The position numbers and the translations under genes are program-made. The notes under the pieces were generated by a model. The model had not been told where the DNA came from. It did not search any database and was given only the letters and a program-made list of their open reading frames with translations. From an uncultured Methylomirabilota bacterium (GTDB lineage Bacteria > Methylomirabilota > Methylomirabilia > Methylomirabilales > 2-02-FULL-66-22), in the NCBI GenBank assembly GCA_963845565.1, contig CAWJSJ010000002.1:1632001-1696000 (forward strand): a stretch of 64,000 nt of DNA, read 5' to 3'. How positions within the stretch are numbered: the first letter of the stretch is position 1; every line of letters begins with the position of its first letter. Shown in pieces: positions 10,365 to 18,671 of this stretch.

Positions 10365-10727
10365 CTAGAATTGACCGGTGGCAAGCAGCACGAGGGTGCA
10401 TGCCTCGACTGTCGCGATGCCGTGTCGCGTGAGGACGTCCGCGGCCTCGGGATTCTCGGCGCCGGGGTTGAAGATCACCCGGTGTGGCCGGACGGCGAGG
10501 ATGTCTTGCACGACGGGCGCCTGTTTTTCGGGGGATAGATAAACGGTGACGGTATCAATGGGAACCGGCACGGCGGTAAGCGAGGCGTATCCCGTGAGGC
10601 CCAGGATGTCCGTGCCCGACCGGGAGATGGGAATCGGCGCGAAGCCGTGGGACAGGAGCATCCGAAGAGCGCGATGGGCGTAGCGTTCCGGTTTGGCGCT
10701 GGCCCCGACGACGGCGACGGTCTTCAT
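10365..10727 (-). CDS. CoA-binding protein (YccU-like)
   Basis: VVGASAKPERY, DTVTVY, IFNPGAEN, EACTLV. Confidence 0.88.
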   Translation of the reverse strand: MKTVAVVGASAKPERYAHRALRMLLSHGFAPIPISRSGTDILGLTGYASLTAVPVPIDTVTVYLSPEKQAPVVQDILAVRPHRVIFNPGAENPEAADVLTRHGIATVEACTLVLLATGQF

Positions 10728-10767
10728 CGCGGGTCGCGCGACTCGGGCGCCACCGGGGCGGCGAGCG

Positions 10768-10992
10768 TCATGGGTAAGGTAGCGAGTCGTGGGCCCGCGT
10801 CGGCGACGAATCCTTGAAGAAGGTCTGCCCGGGCAGCCGGCCGCACAGGATGAGACCCGCGACGATCACCGCGAGCGTCGCCGCGCCACCGAGCACCAGA
10901 GAGAACCCGCGGACCGCGATACCCCCGAGCGCGATCACACCGACAAGCAGCGCCGCGACCATCACCGCCCACCGCACCCGCCCCATGGTCAC
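10768..10992 (-). CDS. Small two-TM hypothetical membrane protein
   Basis: GGAG RBS and two hydrophobic segments. Fits the minus-strand gene run. Confidence 0.55.
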   Translation of the reverse strand: MTMGRVRWAVMVAALLVGVIALGGIAVRGFSLVLGGAATLAVIVAGLILCGRLPGQTFFKDSSPTRAHDSLPYP

Positions 10993-11134
10993 TCCTCCCA
11001 GGGTTGCGCTGCCTGCGTCACCGCCAGATCGGCCAGGGTCCGCAGCCGGGACCGACCAAGGCTACGATACCACCAAACGGCGTCGTCCGGAAGGGGTGTG
11101 CATTCCGACCACCGGGCCGCGGCGGACGACAGGC

Positions 11135-11558
11135 TCACTCGGCGCCCGCCGCGGAACGCCGCTCGCGCTTGGCGGCGCCGCGGTGTTTCTTGGCGTCCAG
11201 GCGCCGCTCTTTCGCGGCCTTGGTCGGCCTGGTGGCGCGTCGCCGCCGGGGCGCTTCCCAGGCCTTGGCGATCCATCCCATCAACCGCTCGACCGCATCG
11301 TCCCGATTGCGCTCCTGCGTGCGAAAGCGTCGTGCCTCGATCATCAGGACGCCGTCATCGGTGAGTCGGTTGGCCGCGAGCCGGAGCAGTCGGTCCCTGA
11401 CCATCGGCGGGCAGCGAGAGGGAGTTCCGGACATCGAAGCGGAGCCGCACTGCCGTGGAAACCTTGTTGACGTTCTGCCCGCCCGGCCCGGACGACCGGA
11501 AGAACTCAAAGTGGAGCTCGTTCGCCGGGATATGGGGGAGCGGTCCTGAAGGACTCAT
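11135..11558 (-). CDS. arfB: Alternative ribosome rescue factor ArfB (frameshifted near 11410)
   Basis: [22 protein letters not shown] in one frame. RTQERNR...[18 protein letters not shown]-terminus in the next frame. Confidence 0.88.
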
Positions 11559-11592
11559 GCTGGAGTTCCTGGGGAAGGGAGCATGGCATTCT

Positions 11593-11625
11593 GCCGAACG
11601 GGGCGCCTGGGAAGGCTTGTTACAC
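11593..11625 (-). mobile_element. Truncated attC-like site ending the cassette array
   Basis: Minus strand GTGTAAC (contains the hepT stop) - AAGCCTTCCCAGGCGCCCC - GTTCGGC. Only 33 bp. Confidence 0.45.
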
Positions 11626-11982
11626 CGCCCCGCCTTCAGCCTCGATGCCCCTCATCAGAGCCGAGCATTCATCTCGCAGCACGGGGACGTCGCGGTCTGC
11701 TATCGCCCACACCAGGGCGTCGTCAACGGTCGGATACTCGTGCGTGAGCTGGTTACGGAAGGCGACGATGCGTCGAGCGCGCGTGATGGCGACGAAGGCA
11801 TCGGGCGCGACACGCGACAGCGCTGAGACGGCTTCGCCGATGATGATGAACTCGCGCTCCACCGACGAGCGCACCAGCCGGTTGCGCTTGTACTCGTCCA
11901 GGTCCAGACCGAGAAGCGCCACGGTGATCGCATCGCATGACTCGATCACGTCGGAGAGATAGGCGAGCGCGTCACGCGGCAT
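11620..11982 (-). CDS. hepT: HepT-like (DUF86/HEPN) RNase toxin
   Basis: RNQLTHEY (RX4HXY) motif. Overlaps the upstream MNT gene. Confidence 0.88.
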   Translation of the reverse strand: MPRDALAYLSDVIESCDAITVALLGLDLDEYKRNRLVRSSVEREFIIIGEAVSALSRVAPDAFVAITRARRIVAFRNQLTHEYPTVDDALVWAIADRDVPVLRDECSALMRGIEAEGGAV

Positions 11983-12280
11983 AGAGCGCCTGTTTCGTCC
12001 GTTCGATGTCGGCTGCGATGTAGCGGTTCTTGACCGCGTCCACCATCACGAGGTCAACCTCCGTGCCGAGGATGCCTCTGAACTCATCGAGCAGGTCGAA
12101 GTAGGCGTCGACACGAGCGTAGACGTCCATCGGGCCGAACTCGACCAAAAGGTCGACGTCGCTGTCGCCCGGGCGGAAATCCCCACGGACCGCGGATCCG
12201 AACGCGTCGAGGCGCAGCACCCCGTGGCGCGCGCATGCCGCTGCGATCTGTTCCCGCTTGCCCTCGAGGATTCCGACCAC
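11972..12280 (-). CDS. mntA: MntA-like minimal nucleotidyltransferase antitoxin
   Basis: FGSAVRGDFRPGDSDVD (GSX10DXD), 102 aa. Confidence 0.88.
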   Translation of the reverse strand: MVGILEGKREQIAAACARHGVLRLDAFGSAVRGDFRPGDSDVDLLVEFGPMDVYARVDAYFDLLDEFRGILGTEVDLVMVDAVKNRYIAADIERTKQALYAA

Positions 12281-12297
12281 GACGCACCTCCCATCTC

Positions 12298-12327
12298 ATC
12301 GTACCCGCGTCAGGCACGACACGTCAA
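12298..12327 (-). promoter_or_regulatory. Sigma70-like promoter of the TA cassette
   Basis: TTGACG-18 nt-TACGAT upstream of a GGAGG RBS. Confidence 0.6.
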
Positions 12328-12355
12328 GACGACCGTCGGCACTCGCATGCCTGAA

Positions 12356-12416
12356 GACGAACGGAGCGGCGGCTCAGCCGCACCCCGCCGCGGGAGTCGC
12401 CAGAACTGGGTTCGCT
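12356..12416 (-). mobile_element. Degenerate attC-like site
   Basis: AGCGAAC ... GCGGCTGAGCCGCCGCTCC GTTCGTC. Same 61-bp length as the neighbouring attC and an attC-like right arm, but the left arm pairs poorly. Confidence 0.4.
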
Positions 12417-12470
12417 CTTCGAGGCCGCATCAGCGGGCCAGATCTCCCAAGCGACCTGCGTGCCGAGCCC

Positions 12471-12531
12471 GCGCAACGCCCCGGTTCAGCGGCGGGGCGT
12501 CAGACTCGTCCGCTGCAACCGGTTGTTGGGC
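12471..12531 (-). mobile_element. attC site
   Basis: Minus strand GCCCAAC AACCGGTTGCAGCGGACG...CGCCGCTGAACCGGGGC GTTGCGC: R''/R' boxes and an imperfect hairpin with extrahelical bases. Confidence 0.88.
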
Positions 12532-12571
12532 CGCTCATTGAGCGCTGCCACGCATGCGCGCCGCTGGCGAG

Positions 12572-14112
12572 TTACCGCTGAAGCTCGATCTCGCCAGGCT
12601 GCCAGGTCTTGTCGAACCACGGTTCGAGCGGACCGTAGAGGCGCAGGATCATGAACCACCCTTTGCCGGGAATCGTCTGCACCCAGTTGTTCTCAAGCCC
12701 TTTCGGCGGGCGCGGGCCAAAATAGACATCCACTGACCCGTCTGCGTTCGTCTTCAGCGCTTTGCTCTGGCTGCTTACGCCCGGGGACTTCTGATCCGTC
12801 TGGACCATCGAGCGCGTCTGGTTGTCATACACGATGACCGACCAGAAATCCTTCACCGGTACGTTGGGCGGCAGGCGCATCTTGTAGGTCCTTCCGCCGT
12901 CGAACGGGTTGCCCTTCGAGTCCTGAACTGCCCATGGATACTGCGACCCCCTGCCGACCATCTTCATCTCCATGGCAGGAGTAACGCCGGTGGCAAAGTA
13001 GTAGTAGAAGATGTAGCCGTCCATGTTCGTCACGCCGGGCGCGCTCTCGAACTTATAGCCGCCAAAGAACGGCAGGCGCCACGCGCTGTTCGGGAAGAAG
13101 TAGGCGTCTTTCGAGCGCACCTTGAAGGCGATGGTGCGCGCCGTGACGGCGCCGATGTTTGCCGCATCCGTGAGGATCTTCTTCATCCGTTGGTCGGGCG
13201 AGAAAGGTTGCCCTTTGACAATGCCGATGGAGGCAAAGAGGCCAAGCGTCGTCGGATCGCTTCCTTCCGAGGGCTCTTCCTGGATAACGTCGTTCAAGAG
13301 CTCCCAGAACGCGTAGTCGCCGGGTGCGACAAAGTTCGCGGGAACGCCCGAGGCATTGATGAACTTGACCGATGGAGGATTCGCGGCCTCCGAAAGCTGA
13401 TAGATCTTCAGGTGCGTCTTTACCGACTCGACGCCGGGCTTCGTGGAGCCATCGACGAGGAAGGCGCGAAAGAAAAGCCAGTTGCCGAACGTGCTCGGCC
13501 GCAGGACCACATAACCCGCCGGGACCTCGCCCTTGTAGCCGGGCGGTAGAACGAGGTACTTGCCGCCTTTGCCCCGATCCTCGCCGGTAATGCCCACATC
13601 GGCGACCCAGCGATACCAGAAATCGTTCACGCCGCCCAGGACCTCGGGCGGAATCTCCACGACCAGCGGACCTTTCTTCGTGTCGAGCCAGATGAAGTTG
13701 TAGATGGTGTTGTCGTTCGCCGTGAGCTCCACCGTCCGAGCATCGACGAGGTCTTCCCAGATGACATCGGTCTGGTTGTCCGGCCCGAACTTGCGGAGCG
13801 AGTCGCGCATGCCGGCCTGATTCACGATCGGGATCGCCATGAGGTAAGCCTGCAGGGCGCGCGAACGATCAAGATTGTCGTAGATTTTCCTGACGGTGTC
13901 TGCCTTGGGATAGCCGTGGCTCAGATTCAGGGTGCCGATGGAGCTTTCGATCTTGTCCGGCACGGCGACCCCCGGGGCGATGGGCGTCGAGAACTTGAAC
14001 TGAGGATTCGCCGGCGCTCGAACAGGCGCCTGCGCGAAGGTCCCACTTGGGGCGAATAGACCGCATGGCAGCCACCGCCGCCCAGATGTAAATCCGACTC
14101 GTTGCCTGCACG
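12572..14112 (-). CDS. DUF1254/DUF1214-type exported protein, integron cassette (frameshift in the signal peptide near 14065)
   Basis: LTANDNTIY, GKGGKYLVLPP, FWSVIVYD, LRLYGP motifs. RBS and GTG at 14112. The long ORF runs 12572-13963. Confidence 0.85.
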
Positions 14113-14177
14113 TTCTTTCTCCTTTCGTGGTGTGAATTCGGAATTACTTCCTGTGCTTCCGCGTTCCGATTGGTGCG

Positions 14178-14241
14178 ACCCAACGGGGCCCGCGGCTGAG
14201 CGGCGGGCCACAGGCCCGCCCGTTCCAGCCGCGTGTTCGGC
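14178..14241 (-). mobile_element. attC site
   Basis: Minus strand GCCGAAC ACGCGGCTGGAACGGGCGGGCC tgt GGCCCGCCGCTCAGCCGCGGGCCCC GTTGGGT. Confidence 0.85.
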
Positions 14242-14306
14242 CGCCGCAGGCGAACGAACAGGTGGCGCTCAGCCGCGGGCCCCGTTCGGACGACCGTCCG
14301 CGGTCG

Positions 14307-14369
14307 GCCGAACAATGATTAGACCGATCCGCATAAGATGCGGAGGGCCGGGTTCCTGTCCGCATAAGA
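14307..14369 (-). mobile_element. Candidate attI site (downstream of intI)
   Basis: Minus strand GGTCTAA-TCATT-GTTCGGC core, preceded by two 11-bp direct repeats (TCCGCATAAGA at 14328-14338 and 14359-14369). Confidence 0.6.
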
Positions 14370-14484
14370 CGCCATGAGATCTGTTGGCGACGACGCCTTA
14401 ATCCGTTTGTTTTCAATTGCATACTGCTTGTCCAGCGATTTAACACGGCATCTTAGGCGGATCGGCATAACATCCTCGATTCGT

Positions 14485-15675
14485 TCACAGTCCGTCCACC
14501 GGACTGCGAACACCGGCCGGCCCACGATTGAGAACATGAGTATAGATCATTGTGGTCTTGACGTCACTGTGGCCCAGGAGTTCTTGTACCGTTCGAATAT
14601 CGTAGCCGCCCTCGAGCAGGTGCGTGGCGAAGGAATGCCGGAAGGTGTGGCAGGTGGCCCGCTTCGTCAGTCCCGCTTGCGCAACGGCATCGCGGACGGC
14701 TTTCTGAACCAGGGATTCGTCGACGTGATGCCGGCCTTGCTCCGTGGTCGTGGGATTGATCCACCGGTGGTCTTGGGGAAAGACCCACTGCCAGCGCCAG
14801 TCCTTCGGCGCATTCGGGTACTTGCGATCCAGCGCCGTCGGCATCTGCACTCGGCCCCACCCCTCGGCCACATCCCGTTCGTGGATTGCCTTGACCTGCT
14901 TGAGGTGCGCCTGAAGCAGGATCGTGAGCGACGCGGGCAGCATGGTGATCCGGTCTTTAGCGCCCTTGCCGTCGCGGACGAGAATCTCGTGGCGGGAGAA
15001 ATCGATGTCCTGCACCCGCAGCCGCAGGCATTCCATCAGGCGCAACCCTGCGCCGTACATGAGGGAGGCCATGAGCCGCTTATCGCCGGTCATGCTCGCC
15101 AGCACGGCCTTCACTTCCTCGCGGGTCATCACGACGGGCAGGCGCGTCGGCTTGCGCGCGCGGATGACTTTGCCCAGATCGCCCAGGTTGCGCCTGATCA
15201 CGTGGCGATAGAGAAACAGCAGCGCCGACAGCGCCTGGTTCTGGGTCGAGGCGCTGACCTTCTCCTTGACGGCCAGGTGTGTCAAGAAGGCGTTGATCTC
15301 GGGCTCGGCCATTTCGCCGGGGTGGCGCACGTTGTGGAAGAAGATGAAGCGCTTGACCCAGTGGCAATAGGCCTGCTCGGTCCGTCGGCTGTAATGGCGA
15401 GCGTGCAGGGCCTCGCCCAGGCGGTCTAGCAGCTTGGGGTGTCGGCCCGCGGGATGGAGGGTGTCGGAACCAGACGGATGGCCAGGGAGGGAAACAGGGA
15501 CCGGGTTGCGGTTTGGGATTGTCCCATGGGAAAGCGGGGCGGCGCCTGTCGATTCCGGGAGCGTTGCTGGCGGCGGGAGTGTGCCGGCCGGGCGGCTCGC
15601 ACGATTCGGCGGGAACGGACGCGTCGGCTCCGAGGCGCGATTTGTGGCGGGGAAATCACTGTGGGTCGAGCCCAT
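14485..15675 (-). CDS. intI: Integron integrase IntI
   Basis: [29 protein letters not shown], IntI-specific insert ALDRKYPNA...[24 protein letters not shown]. The start is uncertain (Pro-rich N-terminal extension with a GGAGG RBS). Confidence 0.96.
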   Translation of the reverse strand: MGSTHSDFPATNRASEPTRPFPPNRASRPAGTLPPPATLPESTGAAPLSHGTIPNRNPVPVSLPGHPSGSDTLHPAGRHPKLLDRLGEALHARHYSRRTEQAYCHWVKRFIFFHNVRHPGEMAEPEINAFLTHLAVKEKVSASTQNQALSALLFLYRHVIRRNLGDLGKVIRARKPTRLPVVMTREEVKAVLASMTGDKRLMASLMYGAGLRLMECLRLRVQDIDFSRHEILVRDGKGAKDRITMLPASLTILLQAHLKQVKAIHERDVAEGWGRVQMPTALDRKYPNAPKDWRWQWVFPQDHRWINPTTTEQGRHHVDESLVQKAVRDAVAQAGLTKRATCHTFRHSFATHLLEGGYDIRTVQELLGHSDVKTTMIYTHVLNRGPAGVRSPVDGL

Positions 15676-15722
15676 CCGCCCACCTCCGTCGCCCGTTCCA
15701 AGATGCTGAGTACCGCCGCAAG

Positions 15723-16160
15723 CTATTGCAGGTTTTCCAAATCCGCCAAGTCCTGGTGCCGACCGGACGCTTGTTTGTTCTTCTTGAGGTTGTCCAGGTC
15801 GATGAAGTTCACGCGCACTCCATCAACTTCGACCTCGATCCGCGAGGCGTAGCAGCTTGCGAAGTCAACACCGGGAAGGGTGGTCAGTATGTCTATGCGA
15901 CTTGGCGGATATCCCAGCTGGATGATCTGATCGGCCACAAGAAAATCCGACGCCAGCAGCCCGAGGGATCCGAATCCGAATTGATCGAGCGCCTTGACGA
16001 CGCTGGCGGCATTGTCCGGCTCTAGAGCGACCCAGACCTCCATGTCCTTGGTGTAGCGGGGATGGCCATGGAGCGCAACGGCATACCCGCCGACGACCAG
16101 GTACAGAACGCGGTTATCGTTGAACGATTGAATAAACTCTCTGAAGTCCGGGTTCAGCAC
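15723..16160 (-). CDS. Putative nucleotidyltransferase-fold protein (DUF6036-like)
   Basis: [35 protein letters not shown] start with GGAGG RBS. Confidence 0.75.
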   Translation of the reverse strand: MLNPDFREFIQSFNDNRVLYLVVGGYAVALHGHPRYTKDMEVWVALEPDNAASVVKALDQFGFGSLGLLASDFLVADQIIQLGYPPSRIDILTTLPGVDFASCYASRIEVEVDGVRVNFIDLDNLKKNKQASGRHQDLADLENLQ

Positions 16161-16323
16161 CGTACCTCCAGCGATGGTATTCTTGCCGAATCTCCTCCAA
16201 TGCAGCCAACCGTACATGATAGGGCTGGGTCCGCCAGTAGGCGAGGTCGCTGCTGTGCTCGCGAAGGCCGACCTTCGCGTACACCTTCTCGATACGCCGA
16301 GTCTTCTCCATGTCCGATTTCAT
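16114..16323 (-). CDS. Small hypothetical partner protein of the nucleotidyltransferase
   Basis: DLAYWRTQP..RLAALEEIRQ...LQRVY. Overlaps the downstream gene in a TA-like arrangement. Confidence 0.7.
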   Translation of the reverse strand: MKSDMEKTRRIEKVYAKVGLREHSSDLAYWRTQPYHVRLAALEEIRQEYHRWRYGAEPGLQRVYSIVQR

Positions 16324-16410
16324 CACCCGTCCGCGTGCGGCCCCTGATCTGTGCACATCGTCTCACTCAGCGGCGCGAAATGATCTCTGCTTGCACCTCT
16401 CCATGCCGGT

Positions 16411-17079
16411 TCACAACTTCCGCAAGATGCCGACGACCTTCCCGACGATCTGGAAGCTCTTCTCGTTCTTCTTCACCTGGATCGGCGCCATGGCAGGGTT
16501 TTCCGGCTGAAGGACGATGCCGTCCGGGCGGAAGAGGATGCGCTTGATGGTGGCCTCGTCGTTCAGCAGGGCGACGACGATGTCGCCGGTCTCGGCGGTG
16601 GACTGCCGACGGACGAGGGCCTGGTCGCCGGGGCAGATGTGGGCGCCGATCATGCTGTCGCCCTGCACCTTCAAGAGGAATGCCTCGTCACCGTTCACCC
16701 AGTCCTGCGGGACCACGGAGGTCCCTTCGAGGTTCTGGTCCGACAGCAGGGGTTGGCCGGCGGCGACGCGGCCCAGGATAGGGAGTTCGCGGTACGACGG
16801 TGAGCCGAGAGCCGAGAGCCGAGAGCCGAGAGCCGAGCGCGGAGACTCGGGGCCTACAATGGGTGCGGGATCGAGGATCTGGAGCGAGCGCGACTTGGAT
16901 GCGGTGCGCCGCAGGTAACCCTTGCGCTCCAGCGCCTTGAGGTGGTCGAAGATGCTCCGTGGCACGAAGCCGAAATGCGCGCCGATCTCCCGCACGGTGG
17001 GCGGGTAGCCGGCCTTCGCCAGGAACTGCCGGATGAACTCCAGGACCTCGCCTTGCCGGGCCGTGAGCGGTGGGAGCAT
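16411..17079 (-). CDS. lexA: SOS repressor LexA
   Basis: LTARQ..GYPPTVREI..HLKALERKGYL HTH, VAAG cleavage site, GDSM Ser and TIKR Lys catalytic dyad, AGGAGA RBS. Confidence 0.96.
   Translation of the reverse strand: MLPPLTARQGEVLEFIRQFLAKAGYPPTVREIGAHFGFVPRSIFDHLKALERKGYLRRTASKSRSLQILDPAPIVGPESPRSALGSRLSALGSPSYRELPILGRVAAGQPLLSDQNLEGTSVVPQDWVNGDEAFLLKVQGDSMIGAHICPGDQALVRRQSTAETGDIVVALLNDEATIKRILFRPDGIVLQPENPAMAPIQVKKNEKSFQIVGKVVGILRKL
16802..16836. repeat. (GAGCCGA)5 tandem heptamer inside the lexA linker
   Basis: Five perfect units encoding SALGSRLSALGS. Confidence 0.9.
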
Positions 17080-17102
17080 GGACTGTCTCCTAATGAGAAT
17101 CA

Positions 17103-17132
17103 CATTTACCATACGGGTGTATGGTCGGTCAA
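17103..17132 (-). promoter_or_regulatory. lexA promoter with palindromic operator candidate ACCATAC-N4-GTATGGT (17108-17125)
   Basis: TTGACC ... (G)TAAATG, with a perfect 7-bp inverted repeat between -35 and -10. Confidence 0.7.
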
Positions 17133-17424
17133 GGAGTTTGCGCGGGAGGAGAGAGGAATAGCTGGCAGCGGGGCAGTTGGCAGTTGGCAGAGGACTGACC
17201 AGGGACAGGGAAAAACAGCAGGCAGGTGGCAGCGGGCAGCTGGCAGAGAACAAAGAACAGCGGGCAGCGAACGAGGAGCGGCTGGACGCGGGCGGCGGCG
17301 CAAAGGGCAAACACCGAACGCTATGCGCCACGCGCCACGCGCTTAGCGCAGAACGCCGAACCCTATGCTCCATGCGCACAACGTCGTGCGCTGACTGCTG
17401 ATCGCAGACCGCTGTCCCATGGAA

Positions 17425-17438
17425 CTGAAACGTTTCAG
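17425..17438. promoter_or_regulatory. LacI-family operator 1
   Basis: Perfect palindrome CTGAAACGTTTCAG next to TTGACA (17446) -18- TATGTT. Confidence 0.85.
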
Positions 17439-17571
17439 ATTTCGCTTGACACCGACAAGGCGTCTTGACTATGTTCTCGGCACCCTGTGGGAGACCATCT
17501 CCAGGGTGCCCGCCGCGGTCCTCCAGCGTTCTCCGGTGCACGGCCGACCGGGGCGGATGTTGTCCGCGGGA

Positions 17572-17585
17572 TTGAAACGTTTCAA
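17572..17585. promoter_or_regulatory. LacI-family operator 2
   Basis: Perfect palindrome TTGAAACGTTTCAA just before the lacI RBS. Confidence 0.85.
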
Positions 17586-17603
17586 GGTGAGGAGCGGGCG
17601 CGG

Positions 17604-18671
17604 GTGGTCACGATCAAGGACGTCGCGCGGGAGGCTGGGGTGTCGGTCGGCACCGCCTCGCAGGCGCTGCGGGAAAGCCCCGCGGTCCGGGACGCGACGC
17701 GACGCCGGGTCCAGGTGGTCGCCAAGCGCCTCCGCTACCAACCCAGCGCCCTGGCCCGGGGCCTGGTGACCCGCCGCACCCACACCGTCGGCCTGCTCAT
17801 CTCCGACATTGCCAACCCGTTCTTCATCCGGGCGGTCCGCGCCATCGAAGACGTGGCGCAGGGGAACGGCTACAACGTCATCCTGTGCAACACCGACGAG
17901 GACGCGGCCAAGGAAACCCAGTATCTCCGGGTCCTCATGGAGAAGCGGGTGGACGGGATCATCCTGGCCACCACGGCCGGCAGCCGCCAGATGGTGCGGG
18001 ATGTCCGCTGGCGGCGGATTCCGCTGGTCCTCTTCGACCGCGAGCTTCCCGGCGTTGCCACCGATCTCGTCAAGGTGGACGGGGTGACCGGCGGACGCCT
18101 GGCCACCGAGCACCTCCTCCACCTCGGCCACCACCGGATCGCCATCATCCATGGCCCGGTGGTGCGATCCACCGGCGCGGAGCGTCTCCAGGGGTACCTG
18201 GATGCGCTGCGGGCCGCCGGGCTGCAACCCGACCCGGCCCTGATCCGGGAAGGCAACTTCAAGCAGGACAGTGGGCGGGAATTGGCCCGGCAACTGCTGG
18301 AGGTGTCCCCGCCGCCTACGGCGCTGTTTTGCACCAACAACCTGATGACGGTCGGCGCGCTGCAGACCCTGGGAGAGCGGGGGGTCCGGATGCCGGCGGA
18401 CCTATCCTTGATCGGCTATGACGACATGGAGTGGTGGACGCTGACCCATCCGCCGCTCACGACCGTGGGGCAGCCGGTGTACGAGCTGGGACGCGAAGCG
18501 ATGCGCCTCCTGCTCGCCCAGATCGAGGCGCCCGGCCGCCGGCGCCCGCAGCGGGTGGTGCTGAAGCCGGAGCTCCTCACCCGCGCCTCGTGCGGCCCGC
18601 CCCGCGCATCCACTTCCAACGCGCCGCGCCGGGGCTCCGGCCTCCCGCGGCAGACGAGGGCATCCCGATGA
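17604..18671 (+). CDS. LacI-family transcriptional regulator
   Basis: VTIKDVAREAGVSVGTAS HTH, Y.PS.LARGL hinge, IGYDD, PPLTTV. Confidence 0.95.
   Translation: MVTIKDVAREAGVSVGTASQALRESPAVRDATRRRVQVVAKRLRYQPSALARGLVTRRTHTVGLLISDIANPFFIRAVRAIEDVAQGNGYNVILCNTDEDAAKETQYLRVLMEKRVDGIILATTAGSRQMVRDVRWRRIPLVLFDRELPGVATDLVKVDGVTGGRLATEHLLHLGHHRIAIIHGPVVRSTGAERLQGYLDALRAAGLQPDPALIREGNFKQDSGRELARQLLEVSPPPTALFCTNNLMTVGALQTLGERGVRMPADLSLIGYDDMEWWTLTHPPLTTVGQPVYELGREAMRLLLAQIEAPGRRRPQRVVLKPELLTRASCGPPRASTSNAPRRGSGLPRQTRASR

Noticed and set aside
15723..16323. Integron cassettes upstream of intI
   Set aside because: No attC-like AAC...GTT hairpin flanks these genes.
16411..17541. 376-aa LexA with a long N-terminal extension
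   Set aside because: The extension is translated heptamer repeat and promoter DNA. The RBS and ATG at 17079 give a normal-sized LexA.
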